Shown here piece by piece: positions 10,030-20,000 of a DNA stretch of 20,000 bases. The notes beneath the pieces were generated by a model. That model did no database searches and was not told where the DNA came from. It was given only the letters and a program-made list of their open reading frames with translations. The position numbers and the translations under genes were made by a program. The DNA is from Psammoneis japonica. Taxonomy: Eukaryota. Location of the stretch: contig QPGO01000029.1 in the NCBI GenBank assembly GCA_008632985.1, positions 174,398 through 194,397 on the forward strand. Reading direction: 5' to 3'. The first letter of the stretch is position 1, and every line of letters begins with the position of its first letter.

Positions 10030-11177
10030 ATGTCTTTTCCAATTCTCGCCAAAGTATCTCAAGACGCCCGCCCCACAACCGACGCGGCATCGGAATTGCA
10101 ATTGGCTGCCGCCATGGGTTATCCCAAAACGTGGCGTGTCGTTCGTTCTATCGACGAAAACATGATTCAAGATACGATTTACGCGGGCAATCCCGACGAC
10201 AAGGTGGATACGTGGTTTAATCACACGGCAGCACGTCAAGCGGCCGTTTCGTGGGTCGAGGGGGAATCGACCGGGTATGAACACAAGGGCGGACACTTGT
10301 TGAAGAAAGTTGCGAAATTCCAAAAAAATGACATTGTGCAAGTGTATTATTCAGATGATGACACGTGGTATGATGCGACTATTGTCAACGAATTGAATAC
10401 GATGATGAATTTCGTTATACAGTACATTATACGTTGGAAGATTCGACACAACAGCATGTACGTGAAGAACACATTCGTGTTGCAAACGAAACGACGGACG
10501 AATTTGCCAATGCCGAATCGCTCGGATTGCCATCGGGATGGAGTGCCAAACCCAAAGCCAAGGGACGGTGGAGTATTGTAGCTCCTGATGGACAAGTGTT
10601 TGCTTCCAAGAAAAAGGCTTTACAGTATGCAAAGAAAGGCGGCGCGCAAAACCAAGAGGAGGACGACGAGGGTGATCCGCCGTGGCGCAAAACAAACCAT
10701 GAGTATATTGGAAGAAGGGTCCTGTACACGCACTCTCAAAAGTATTCGGGTACACGGTGTATTGATATAACTCAGAGAGGAACCGTGGTGGGATGGATTG
10801 CCGACACGGATGTGGACAAGGTGAGTTGGTGGCTTCTGGGTTTGTACTATATGGTATGCAAGTCTCATATGCTTCAATTTCTCCCATCAACTAGAATGGC
10901 GAGCCTGGTTTTGTATCGGCTTCTACGGGCCAACCAGCCAATTTGTTTCATGTGGAGTTTGACGATGAGCCCAATCACGACTATGGTGAGCAGTCGTCAT
11001 TCTGTTTCTTGTGCATAGTAGTGCCATGTGCCTCTGGTCTTACAAAACTACTCATTGTGTATAGCCAAACATTTGATTGCTGCACAAGATTTGGAAGAAT
11101 ACGAATTATTGGAATGCATCTTGCCTACGAATGAAGAGACTGGTGAGCCGCCGAGAAAACGACAGAGATCAAGCTAA
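10030..11177 (+). CDS. Putative chromatin reader: Tudor-like, MBD-like and second Tudor-like domains; exons 10030-10820, 10895-10985 and 11065-11177, with a 1-nt deletion near 10388
   Basis: FQKNDIVQVYYSDDDTWYDATIVKR...YTVHYTLEDSTQQHVREEHIR (Tudor/Agenet pattern after restoring one A); GLPSGWSAK...WSIVAPDGQVFASKKKALQY (MBD-like pattern); YIGRRVLY...GTVVGW...LFHVEFDD...DLEEYELLE (Tudor-like). C-terminal NLS-like PPRKRQR. Two GT-AG introns (10821-10894, 10986-11064) splice in frame. Confidence 0.75.
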
Positions 11178-12135
11178 TAGGGCAGGGGAGAAAACACGAA
11201 ACTACAGTACTCTAGAGGTTGAGAATATAGGATAAGAGGGAGTAGATTTCAAAGTTTTCAGCAGTACAAGTAGACAGCAGCCATGAAGGAGATGCGACTG
11301 CAGACAAAAGCCAATGGCACCATTGCATGTAGCGTAGGGACCCAAGTCGAGTAGGCGGACGACTCACTCGTCGAGAACAAGGCAAGAAAGTAAAGCTAAC
11401 CAACATTCAGCAGAACAGTAGCTGTTGCTAGAGGAAAAAAGTATCTCTAGAAAGAGACTTAGATAAAAGACAGTACCGTAGAGTTCAAAGTTCCATCACT
11501 AGAGATGTACTGTTCGTATGACTAGGGAAATCGAGGAATGCAGTTCCAACACAAGCCCATAAAGCAGGGTAGAGTTCCAATCATGCCGTACCTGGTAGCG
11601 TGCACACAGTAGTAGGGCCCACGGGCGAATAAACAATTCACTCTACTGTGTAATAGCTGGACGCGGGGAAGGATTAGGCCTCCAGAGCAGCAGCTTTTCC
11701 TAAAAACTTTGATGTGAAGGGCATAGCTTCGATCTTTCCATGTCGACAAAATTAGCTCCGCAACCGCTGCTTCCCCTTTTTATGAAAAACATCATGCTCT
11801 GGGAATAAAAAGATCCGTTGATAACTAATTATACATGTGGGAACATATTACATTTATTTATTTTGCACGAGTTTCTTCTAAGCAAAACTTTAGTAGTATT
11901 AAACCATGGATAATACAAATAATGTCCATACAAACCTTTGTTCACGAAGTCCTGGTATGGCTCAGCCAAAAATTCATTCTGGCGCCCTCGAATTGTTGTC
12001 ACACCGCAACGAACCTCTGCCGCCACCAACAGAAACAAAAACTGAGCAACTCAGTGTCACAACACGAATAGAGATGCCAAAGTACTAAGTCGCCACGCAA
12101 ACAACCGGAGTCAGTCGTCTGGAGTGCGAGCTAGA

Positions 12136-15100
12136 ATGTCTCAGCAGCAGGATGATCCGAATCGTGCACACATGCCGCCACGGGAAGAAGGCGGTGCACC
12201 TTCGTCGTCGTCTTCTCATTATGAGGGCTCGAGCAGTGCTGCTAGTCATCGACCAAGGACGTCGCCATTGCATTTGGGCGCTGAGGAATATTATCAACAC
12301 CCTCCCGCACCACCAATGGCCATGGGAATGAGACCAATTGGAGAGCGGAGGTCACCTTATACCGAAGCTCAACAAGAAACGCAACAACAACCACCACAAC
12401 AACAATTGGGATCCGTTGAAAGACGAGGACTAAAGGCGACTGCCGTAACACCAGAGTCTGGACAGCTCAGTGCGGGTGGTATGATGAGTCCTACAATAGG
12501 GACAAGGAAAAGACGGGTTCCAATGGCCACACCGGGGAGCGGTCATGCCATCATGGCCTCGACAAGAACAGGTGAGATTCACGTAAATTTGATTCCCTAT
12601 GTATTTTTCTGTTCAACGGAATTGTTTCCGTTCAGTTCGAAACATGTTCGTCAATGTTGATGAAGATAAACTCGTCCACTATTGTTTCCCGCGTATCGGA
12701 TAAATGGACACGAAGGCTGTATTGATCTGTTTGAAATGATTGATAGCGGCCAGTGTTTATGGGCCTTTCTGAGGGGCTGTACGTTTTCGGCCACCAGCTT
12801 GTTCACCATATACGTGTTGAATATCGAACATTGTTTCTTTTCGATAGTAATTTGCGCGCGATTATTGTGAAATTTTGTTGATGGGTCTTGTAGCGGACAA
12901 AGTACGCGATGCGCACGGTTCGGTCAGTTGAACGTCTTTCTTCGCCTCACAAAACGAGTGTGAGAGATGGAACGCTCTTCGTTTTCAGTCCCACTGATGG
13001 TATTGAATGAGGCAGGATTACACATGCAACGCCAGTTTCTGAGCTTGTATCATATTTTGGGCAGAATGGTGTTCTTTTGGAGGCCTAAACAATGAGCGAC
13101 ACAACGGATCCCGTGATTGGCACTATTGTTAACGAGAGCAAACGGAATGAAAGCCATCTCTGACGATGAAAGAATGCGTCCTGATATCGTTTTCGTTGTT
13201 GATTCGTGTGCTTGTATCTTCGATGAATCGTTAAACTTTTCCCGTGTTTGCTCATGACAAACAACATTGACCCGTCACTCACCCAAACCGATCTCCTCTT
13301 TGCTTTCATTCTGTCTCTTCTTCTCTGGTCCCTTACCTGACTCATGTACGCTGCGGACGACGACGACTGTGTTATTAATGATGATTCATCTCCTCAAAAA
13401 CGCTCTCATGGCGGAAATCAACGTGGTGGTGACTATCAAAAATACTTTATTGTGACTCCAACGTGCCACTATATCAATCCTCGGTTTCCTGAAAAACGTG
13501 ACGTTGACTCCGACAATGATCTGCCTTCATCACCCGAATCGTCGATATCCGATTGTCTGTTTCCAATTTCAACATCATCCGACTGGGTTTGCAACGCTTC
13601 TGTAAATTCGGGCATTCGTATCTCTGATATGTCAACCATGTCGCCAACGTCAACATCAATTACTGAATTTGTAGCATCGACACCATCTACAATAGCATCC
13701 TCACCACAGGCAGGATACGGTTCCAGTCCAAGTACTGGACAGCTTTATTCCAGTCCTCAGTCAACAAGTATCTTGGGAGACTCTAGTCGACTCCTCACTC
13801 CGCTATCGTTTTCCAGTCAAGCCAGATATGACTCTTCTTTGGGTTTGTTGACGCGGAAGTTTGTAACTTTGTTGAGAACTTCACCAGGGAACATGCTAGA
13901 CCTAAACGCCGCAGCTAATGACTTGGGGGTTCAGAAACGCCGTATTTATGACATTACCAATGTTTTGGAAGGGATTGGGCTGATTGAGAAGCGGAGTAAA
14001 AACCAAGTTTCTTGGAATACATCGCCACCGACGACATTTATCGATACTGACGAAGCCAAGACCGAAGAAGGGAAGACAGGTGAACGGGGGGGCGCTGAAG
14101 GCGGGAGTGATAGTGACGGCATTGGTAGTCCTCCGAGACTAAACAGAGCTTCAAGGGAAGAAGTCGAAGCGGCAACTGCTCTTAGAAGTAGTCTTGAAGC
14201 TACTGTGGCTGAAGAGAGAAAACTCGACGAGCATATTGAATACCTGATGAACCGTGCACGATTTATGGCTATCCCTCGAGCGGGGATGGCGCCAACCGGT
14301 TCAATAGATAGGCGTGCTACAACACCCGAATCTCTTGCTCGATACATGCACGTGCTGAAATCCGACATAACGTCCCTACCCATGTATGGTGATGATACAG
14401 TTGTGGCAATTAAAGCTCCGTCTGGCACATCTCTTGAAGTCCCGGACCCCGATGAGGGAATGAACACAGGTTCCAGGAGGTTTCAGATATTCCTCAGAAG
14501 TAGAGACACGCAGCAAGGAGTTAGAAGGAGAGGTGGGCCGTCTGATAGCGGCGGGCCGATCAATGTGTACCTTGTGCGATATGAGGGTGGTAAGCCTCAC
14601 GGGGTTGCCCGTCCCGGGGCCTCCACAGAAACCAGACCAAGTCAGCCTTTGCCCAGTGCCTCCCAACCTCCAACGACCGAGCGTGCTGGCTATGCAACGC
14701 GTCCGCCGCCGGCTCAAGAGACTGACTCAAGAGAGTCGTTTGCTAATGTCTTTGCTCCGCCACAGAGTGGAGCTGGATGGCCATCTGAAGGGCAGACGGC
14801 TTCGTACCCATCGCAAGATGCACGGCGACGACCTCAAGTGACCCCTGGCTACACGGAAAACCCATGGGAACCTCCAGATGCGAGGCAGCGGTCGCAACAA
14901 CTGCGGCCGTCTCCCGAGGGTTTTGATCCATCAATGCCGAGCAGAGGGCAGCATTCCGACCGAGGCGCTACATCTTCACAGGGACGGAGGCCCGGCTCCA
15001 TTTCGTTGAAACCCCGATCTACTCCAGACCGGGCTCGAACCGAATCGGAAAGTCCGTTTGTGTCGCCGCCACCAATTATGATGGGTTCAAGTCGAGCTCC

Positions 15101-15683
15101 CATGGAAATGGCTCCACCGCAGGAACCTCCCGAGATGTACCCGCAGCAACATCGAGTGACTTCGCCACCGCGCCACCGCACCTACCCTGAATATGCTAGA
15201 GCACCATCGGGACCTTCAGGCCCGTCGGCGCCTTTGACTCCTCGTGGAATGACGGCGCAGTACGGACCACCTCCTCCATCGAGAAGTCCAGTGTCGTCGC
15301 AATACGATTTACTGAATATGCCATTGTCTTCGCCATCTTCTAGAGGCTTTGGTGCGCATCCCGCGGGATACTACAACCTGGGAGATCCGTCACCTGCCGC
15401 TGGAGGGCCGTTGTTGCCTCCTGGGTACAGTCCGAGAAGCGGAGAAACTCAATACATCCGAGAAGGAGAAGCGGTTTTTCCGTTGCCAACCTTATCGCGT
15501 CAGAGGCGTGATTATCATGGAGGTAATGGCAACGGTGATCCGGGAGCGTGGCAGGGTTATCAACAAGGACATGCTCATCATCCACAGCTGCATCCACAAC
15601 ATCCACAGCAACACCCGCAACATCCTGGCTCTCAACATGGTGGTGGCAGACATGCTGGCGGTCAGCATCAGCCATACCGATAA
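12136..15683 (+). CDS. E2F: E2F-family transcription factor; proposed exons 12136-12571 and 13675-15683, with an alternative intronless start at ATG 13344
   Basis: Winged-helix DNA-binding domain [13 protein letters not shown]...[28 protein letters not shown], a coiled coil ([18 protein letters not shown]) and a marked box ([18 protein letters not shown]...FQIFLRS...GPINVYLV). The upstream exon is S/P/Q-rich with TP/SP sites and RKRR, and ends at a G|GTGAGA donor. The E2F identity is secure; the exon-1 link is inferred. Confidence 0.9.
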
Positions 15684-16371
15684 GAGATTCTCTATCGACC
15701 TTGTGCTTCGGCCGTATTAACGAAGTGACTCGAACATAAAAATTTCAATTTTAACTGCGTTTATATGGGGTTTAAACGGAGATAAATTTTATTGTTATTG
15801 TGTTCTTCAATTTGGGTGCATATAGGTGTATTCTTCTCCTAATTTGAACCCGTGTATTATTGAAGAGAGGGTTGATGCGGATCGCCTCTGGTAGCCTGGA
15901 AGACTCCAAAGCCGCAGCACAGAAACGTGAAGTCGTTCGTCATGCCGTAGCCGAAAAAACAATCACGCTGCACGACGTAAATGAATCCAAAAGATACGGC
16001 TAGTGTGAGGGTGGGGAAGTTCGATTCTGTGAGCACTTGATCTCTAGTATAAAGTCTTTCAAAATGCTTCACAATGGACTAGGTCTACAGCATGAATAAC
16101 AATGCATTTCAAAACTAGAGTCTAAACCATACAGTAGTCACGCCCGGTATCCTTTTTTGCTGAAAACACCAAAAAACAAAACAAAATGAAGGAAACAGGT
16201 GACACACCCACAGAACAGGCAACATGACAACTGCGACAACGCACAACACACACCACACCTTATTACCGCACAACGCTTCTCGAACCTGTCTGTAGAAGTA
16301 CTTGACACTGAGTTAGCTTTGAAGTGTCGGTGTCAGACTGTTATTGCTATGAACCAAGCAACAAACCAACC

Positions 16372-19300
16372 ATGCCTCCAAAGAAGCGAAAACTAAAGAA
16401 AGCGGATGCACCAGCGGGCGTCCTTTTGAACATGAGAGTGTTGAAAGCCTTTCCATACGAAACGATGCAAGGCAAACTGATCTCCGCACTTTTTCTCGGG
16501 ACCGTGGTGAAATTTTGTCCATGCTCCTCCAATACTTCACCCAAACCAGCCAAGAAGAGACGAGGCGAACAAGCACTAGAAAAGGGATTGTATCGGGTTC
16601 ATTTTGATGACGGAGACGTGGATGATATGGATCCAGACGAGATTTTGAGATGCATCTTGCTCTATCACGAGCAACGACAGCTACATCAAGGCGGCAGCGG
16701 AGGAAAGAACAAGACGCCCATTCTTGGTAGTACGGGAGATAAAAAGACCGCAGAAAAACGTGGGCTGAAATCACTCTTGTCGAAAGAAAATCGCCCGCTA
16801 TCCAGCAAAGAAATGGAGCGGCTAGACGAGGAACGCTGGGATTATTGGACACAATACCGACTATACAACATTAAGAACAAGATCCCTCAGCCTACGAGCT
16901 TCTCGGAGGATCATGAGAAATTTTGGTGGAATGTTGAAGAAGATAAAGTGCAACAAACTGCAAAGGATGATGAAGCTAAAGCTGGAAAATCTGAGACTGC
17001 TATGAAAGCTTCAGGGACCAAGGTTGCACCTGTTGCGGAAGAAACGACTGCACAGAAAACCGTCAAGGATCCTTCCGTTGTTCCGCAAACTCTGACCGCA
17101 GCAAAAGGTTCTAGTGCCATAGGCACTTCAACAGAAATCAAGGCTAAGACAAACGGTGCTAGCGCTCGAACGGTCAATGACGATAGGGCAGAGGAGCCAC
17201 GGAAAGGTTCGTCGCTCCAGAATCAAGATTCCACTCGCAATCTGGAAAAGAAGTCAGACAAACCACCACACCACCTCAAAAGCCATCCTCTACTACACAG
17301 CCGCTGGAATCAGTAGTCAGTAAGCCTGATCAGAATTTGCAGAAACGTTCCAAGACGAGCAACAAGGAGCTTGAAAAAGCAGCACCAAAACCGAAGAATC
17401 AAAAGGGAGCGGTGGAGCAAGATACAGAGCAACTTGTACGGACCAGATCAAAATTGCTCGGTAAATCAAAGCCAGCTAAAAAGTCGAGAAAAGTGAAAGC
17501 AAGTCAGAAGTCGAGCGTTCTTAAAAGGGCAAGTCAGCAAACAGAAAAGCAAGTCAGCAATCAGATATCAAGCCGAGCGATAGGTCCAGAAGGAACATCG
17601 GGTCAAGAGCCTTCTGTCGACAAACAAGAGTCAGTCGATAATTCTACGCGAGCTGGACAGTCGAAACAAACGCAATCTGTTCCAACAGTGCCCATTCTGC
17701 AGCAACCCGAGTCAGCAGGTGTCGACAAATCTGGTCATGCTACGCTAGAATCATCAGTTCAAGAACCACCCGCAGTCCGTCAGAAGGAATCGAAAACGAG
17801 CAAACAAAGCACGACAGATGCAAGTTCCACTGCAGGAGCTTCTGATAGAGGACAAGAGTCCGCGGTGCGTCAGAAGGGATTGCAGACGAGCAAACAAAGC
17901 ACGACAGATCCACCTACTTCTGATAAAGGACAACAGTCGTCTAAAGGTACAAAAGACGCAAGCAGTATTTCGAACAGGGTAGTCGAGATGCCGAAAGAAA
18001 CGGTGCAACTTGAACCGGCTTCAAAGGAATCCCAGCCTATCGCTGCCTCAGGACAAGAGTCCGCGGTTCGTCAGAAGGGATCGCAGACGAGCAAACAAAG
18101 TACTGCAGATCCACCTTCGACTACAGGAGTTTCTGATAAAGGACAGCAGTCGTCTAAAGCTGCAAATGACGCAAGCAGTGTTTCGAACAGAGCAGCCGAG
18201 ATGCCGAAAGAAACGGTGCAACTTGAACCGGCTTCAAAGGAATCCCAGCCTATCGCGGCCACAGGACAAGAGTCCGCGGTTCGTCAGAAGGGATCGCAGA
18301 CGAGCAAACAAAGTACGGCAGATCCACCTTCGATTACAGGAGTTTCTGATAAAGGACAACAGTCGTCTAAAGCTGCAAATGACGCAAGCAGTGTTTCGAA
18401 CAGAGCAGCGAGATGCCGAAAGAAAATGTGCAACTTGAACCAGTTCCAAAGGAATCCCAGCCTATCACGGACACAGGACAAGAGTCCGCGGTTCGTCNNN
18501 NNNNNNNNNNNNNNNNNNNNNNNNNNNNNNNNNNNNNNNNNNNNNNNNNNNNNNNNNNNNNNNNNNNNNNNNNNNNNNNNNNNNNNNNNNNNNNNNNNNN
18601 NNNNNNNNNNNNNNNNNNNNNNNNNNNNNNNNNNNNNNNNNNNNNNNNNNNNNNNNNNNNNNNNNNNNNNNNNNNNNNNNNNNNNNNNNNNNNNNNNNNN
18701 NNNNNNNNNNNNNNNNNNNNNNNNNNNNNNNNNNNNNNNNNNNNNNNNNNNNNNNNNNNNNNNNNNNNNNNNNNNNNNNNNNNNNNNNNNNNNNNNNNNN
18801 NNNNNNNNNNNNNNNNNNNNNNNNNNNNNNNNNNNNNNNNNNNNNNNNNNNNNNNNNNNNNNNNNNNNNNNNNNNNNATGCAGAGGCTACGACAGAAGCC
18901 ATCTCGAGACGGGATTGACGGACGGGGGCGAAAAACAGCAGAAGGTTGTCGAAGATGATCAGGCAAAGTTGACTCCGTCAAGTCCAATGGCACTGGAAGC
19001 CGCAAAGGCAGAGAGCGCCAAGGCAGATAATGCGACCGAAAAGTCTCGGAAATCTGCCAACAGCGGTCATGACCAGGAGACGACACTTGCAGCAGATCGG
19101 TTGGGGACGGTGCTGCTAAAGAACGTCACGAACCGAAGGGTGATCACGATAGCGGCAGCGGCAAGAAAGGCGATGCACCACAGCAGAATGTGCCACTTGA
19201 GCTGCAAAGCGCCGATAAGAAGAAAGAGACGAAGGAAGATGTCGTAGTCGACAGCACAAGGGAAAGTATCGAAAGCAATAAGGTCGACAACACGATGCTA

Positions 19301-20000
19301 CCAGCGCAGCTTACTGTAGCGGATGCCACGACGAAGAACGCGAAAGTCGGAGGAGGAGATCAAGTTGCAGACAAGCATGGTGTCGCTGCAGGATCGAGTG
19401 ACAGCAAGGAGAATAAGGGTACATCAGAAATACCAGATGCTGTAACGGAGAGCCAACAGCATGAAACAGAAGCCTTGATCGATGCGGTGCTAGATTTCGG
19501 CGACACAGGGGCGCCCAACAACAGGGGCTGTGAGACTCAACCAACTGGTCGAGAGCCAGTTGTTACAGGTCGTGCAGGGGGGAGCGATCAAAAACCGGAA
19601 GCAGAAAATGGTGGGTCGATGGGAATTGCGAGTAGCGGAACTGACGGCGCACTCGAAAGCAGTCTGACAGCCGATGACGGCAAGAAACATGGCGTTGCAG
19701 AGGCTGCAGAGAAAACTACACCAGATGGCCAAAGCATGAAGGGTACGGATGCCAACATGTTACAAAACACAGAAGCGACAGATACGACGGACCAGGCACG
19801 TGGTGGTGACTTCTCTCGCAAACAAGACACCCAGATGTGGGAAATGAAGCAGCCGGATTCCGAGGATGGTTCTCGCGACAAGAATCTTGTCGAGCATGAA
19901 GCCCCGTGTGAGGCCTATGTCGACGATGCAATGAATGGATTCGAGGCGCACGGCAATGCATCAGAAATGGTTGACGCCATTCTTGCTGACATGCCACAGC
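16372..20000 (+). CDS. Large, mostly disordered S/K/Q/E-rich protein with an N-terminal NLS and Tudor-like domain and internal tandem repeats; partial at the 3' end, frameshifted and gapped
   Basis: Starts MPPKKRKLKK. RVLKAF...LFLGTVVKF...LYRVHFDDGDVDDMDPDEI is a Tudor-like pattern. Consecutive plus-strand frames join through 1-nt shifts (near 17260, 18408 and several after 19080), and a frame is still open at the window end. Confidence 0.7.
17760..18497 (+). repeat. Coding tandem repeat with a ~213-bp (71-aa) unit; at least three full copies plus partial copies, running into an assembly gap
   Basis: GGACAAGAGTCCGCGGT recurs at 17850, 18051, 18264 and 18476 (spacings 201, 213, 212), with a diverged 90-nt partial unit at 17760. 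Peptide unit GQESAVRQKGSQTSKQSTADPPSTTGVSDKGQQSSKAANDASSVSNRAAEMPKETVQLEPASKESQPIAAT. Confidence 0.95.
18498..18877. other. Assembly gap (380 N)
   Basis: Run of N starting inside a tandem-repeat unit. Confidence 1.

Noticed and set aside
11585..11961. Possible MITE: imperfect inverted repeat (11585-11609 versus 11936-11961, about 18/26 matches) around a partly AT-rich core
   Set aside because: The match is weak and gapped, there is no target-site duplication and no second copy in the window. A genome-wide self-search would be needed.
15995..16045. GTTCGATTC resembling a tRNA T-loop or B box
   Set aside because: Flanking bases do not form a T-stem, and there is no acceptor stem or cloverleaf.
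5813..16670. A writer-reader gene cluster of PRMT10 with the Tudor proteins
   Set aside because: Housekeeping RPN6 lies between them, functional clustering is uncommon in eukaryotes, and the PRMT appears plastid-targeted while the Tudor proteins carry NLS-like motifs.
17850..18497. Regularly spaced repeats as a CRISPR-like array
   Set aside because: Whole units are repeated with no unique spacers, they are in-frame coding sequence, and the context is eukaryotic.
246..19997. Numerous antisense and alternate-frame ORFs overlapping the seven genes
   Set aside because: They are shadow ORFs of real coding sequence, fragments created by frameshifts, or artefacts of reading through the N gap.

Overview
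Gene-dense eukaryotic DNA, most likely from a diatom (inferred from 74-105 nt GT-AG introns, compact intergenic regions and an ASAF-type bipartite plastid presequence). Seven protein-coding genes are supported: a GARP/Myb-like SHLQKYR transcription factor (-), NOP9 (+), a PRMT10-type arginine methyltransferase (-), proteasome lid subunit RPN6 (-), a Tudor/MBD-like/Tudor-like protein (+), an E2F transcription factor (+), and a large low-complexity protein with an N-terminal Tudor-like domain and ~213-bp coding tandem repeats (+; runs off the window and contains a 380-N gap). Five of the seven genes are split by single-base deletions in short homopolymers, best explained as sequencing or assembly errors. 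The most interesting observations are the apparent plastid-targeting presequence on PRMT10, the Tudor-MBD-like-Tudor architecture behind a divergent promoter with three E2F-type motifs, and a possible two-promoter structure of the E2F gene. I found no convincing novel multi-gene system, RNA gene, CRISPR array or intact mobile element. Family assignments come from motif recognition by eye, not database searches.
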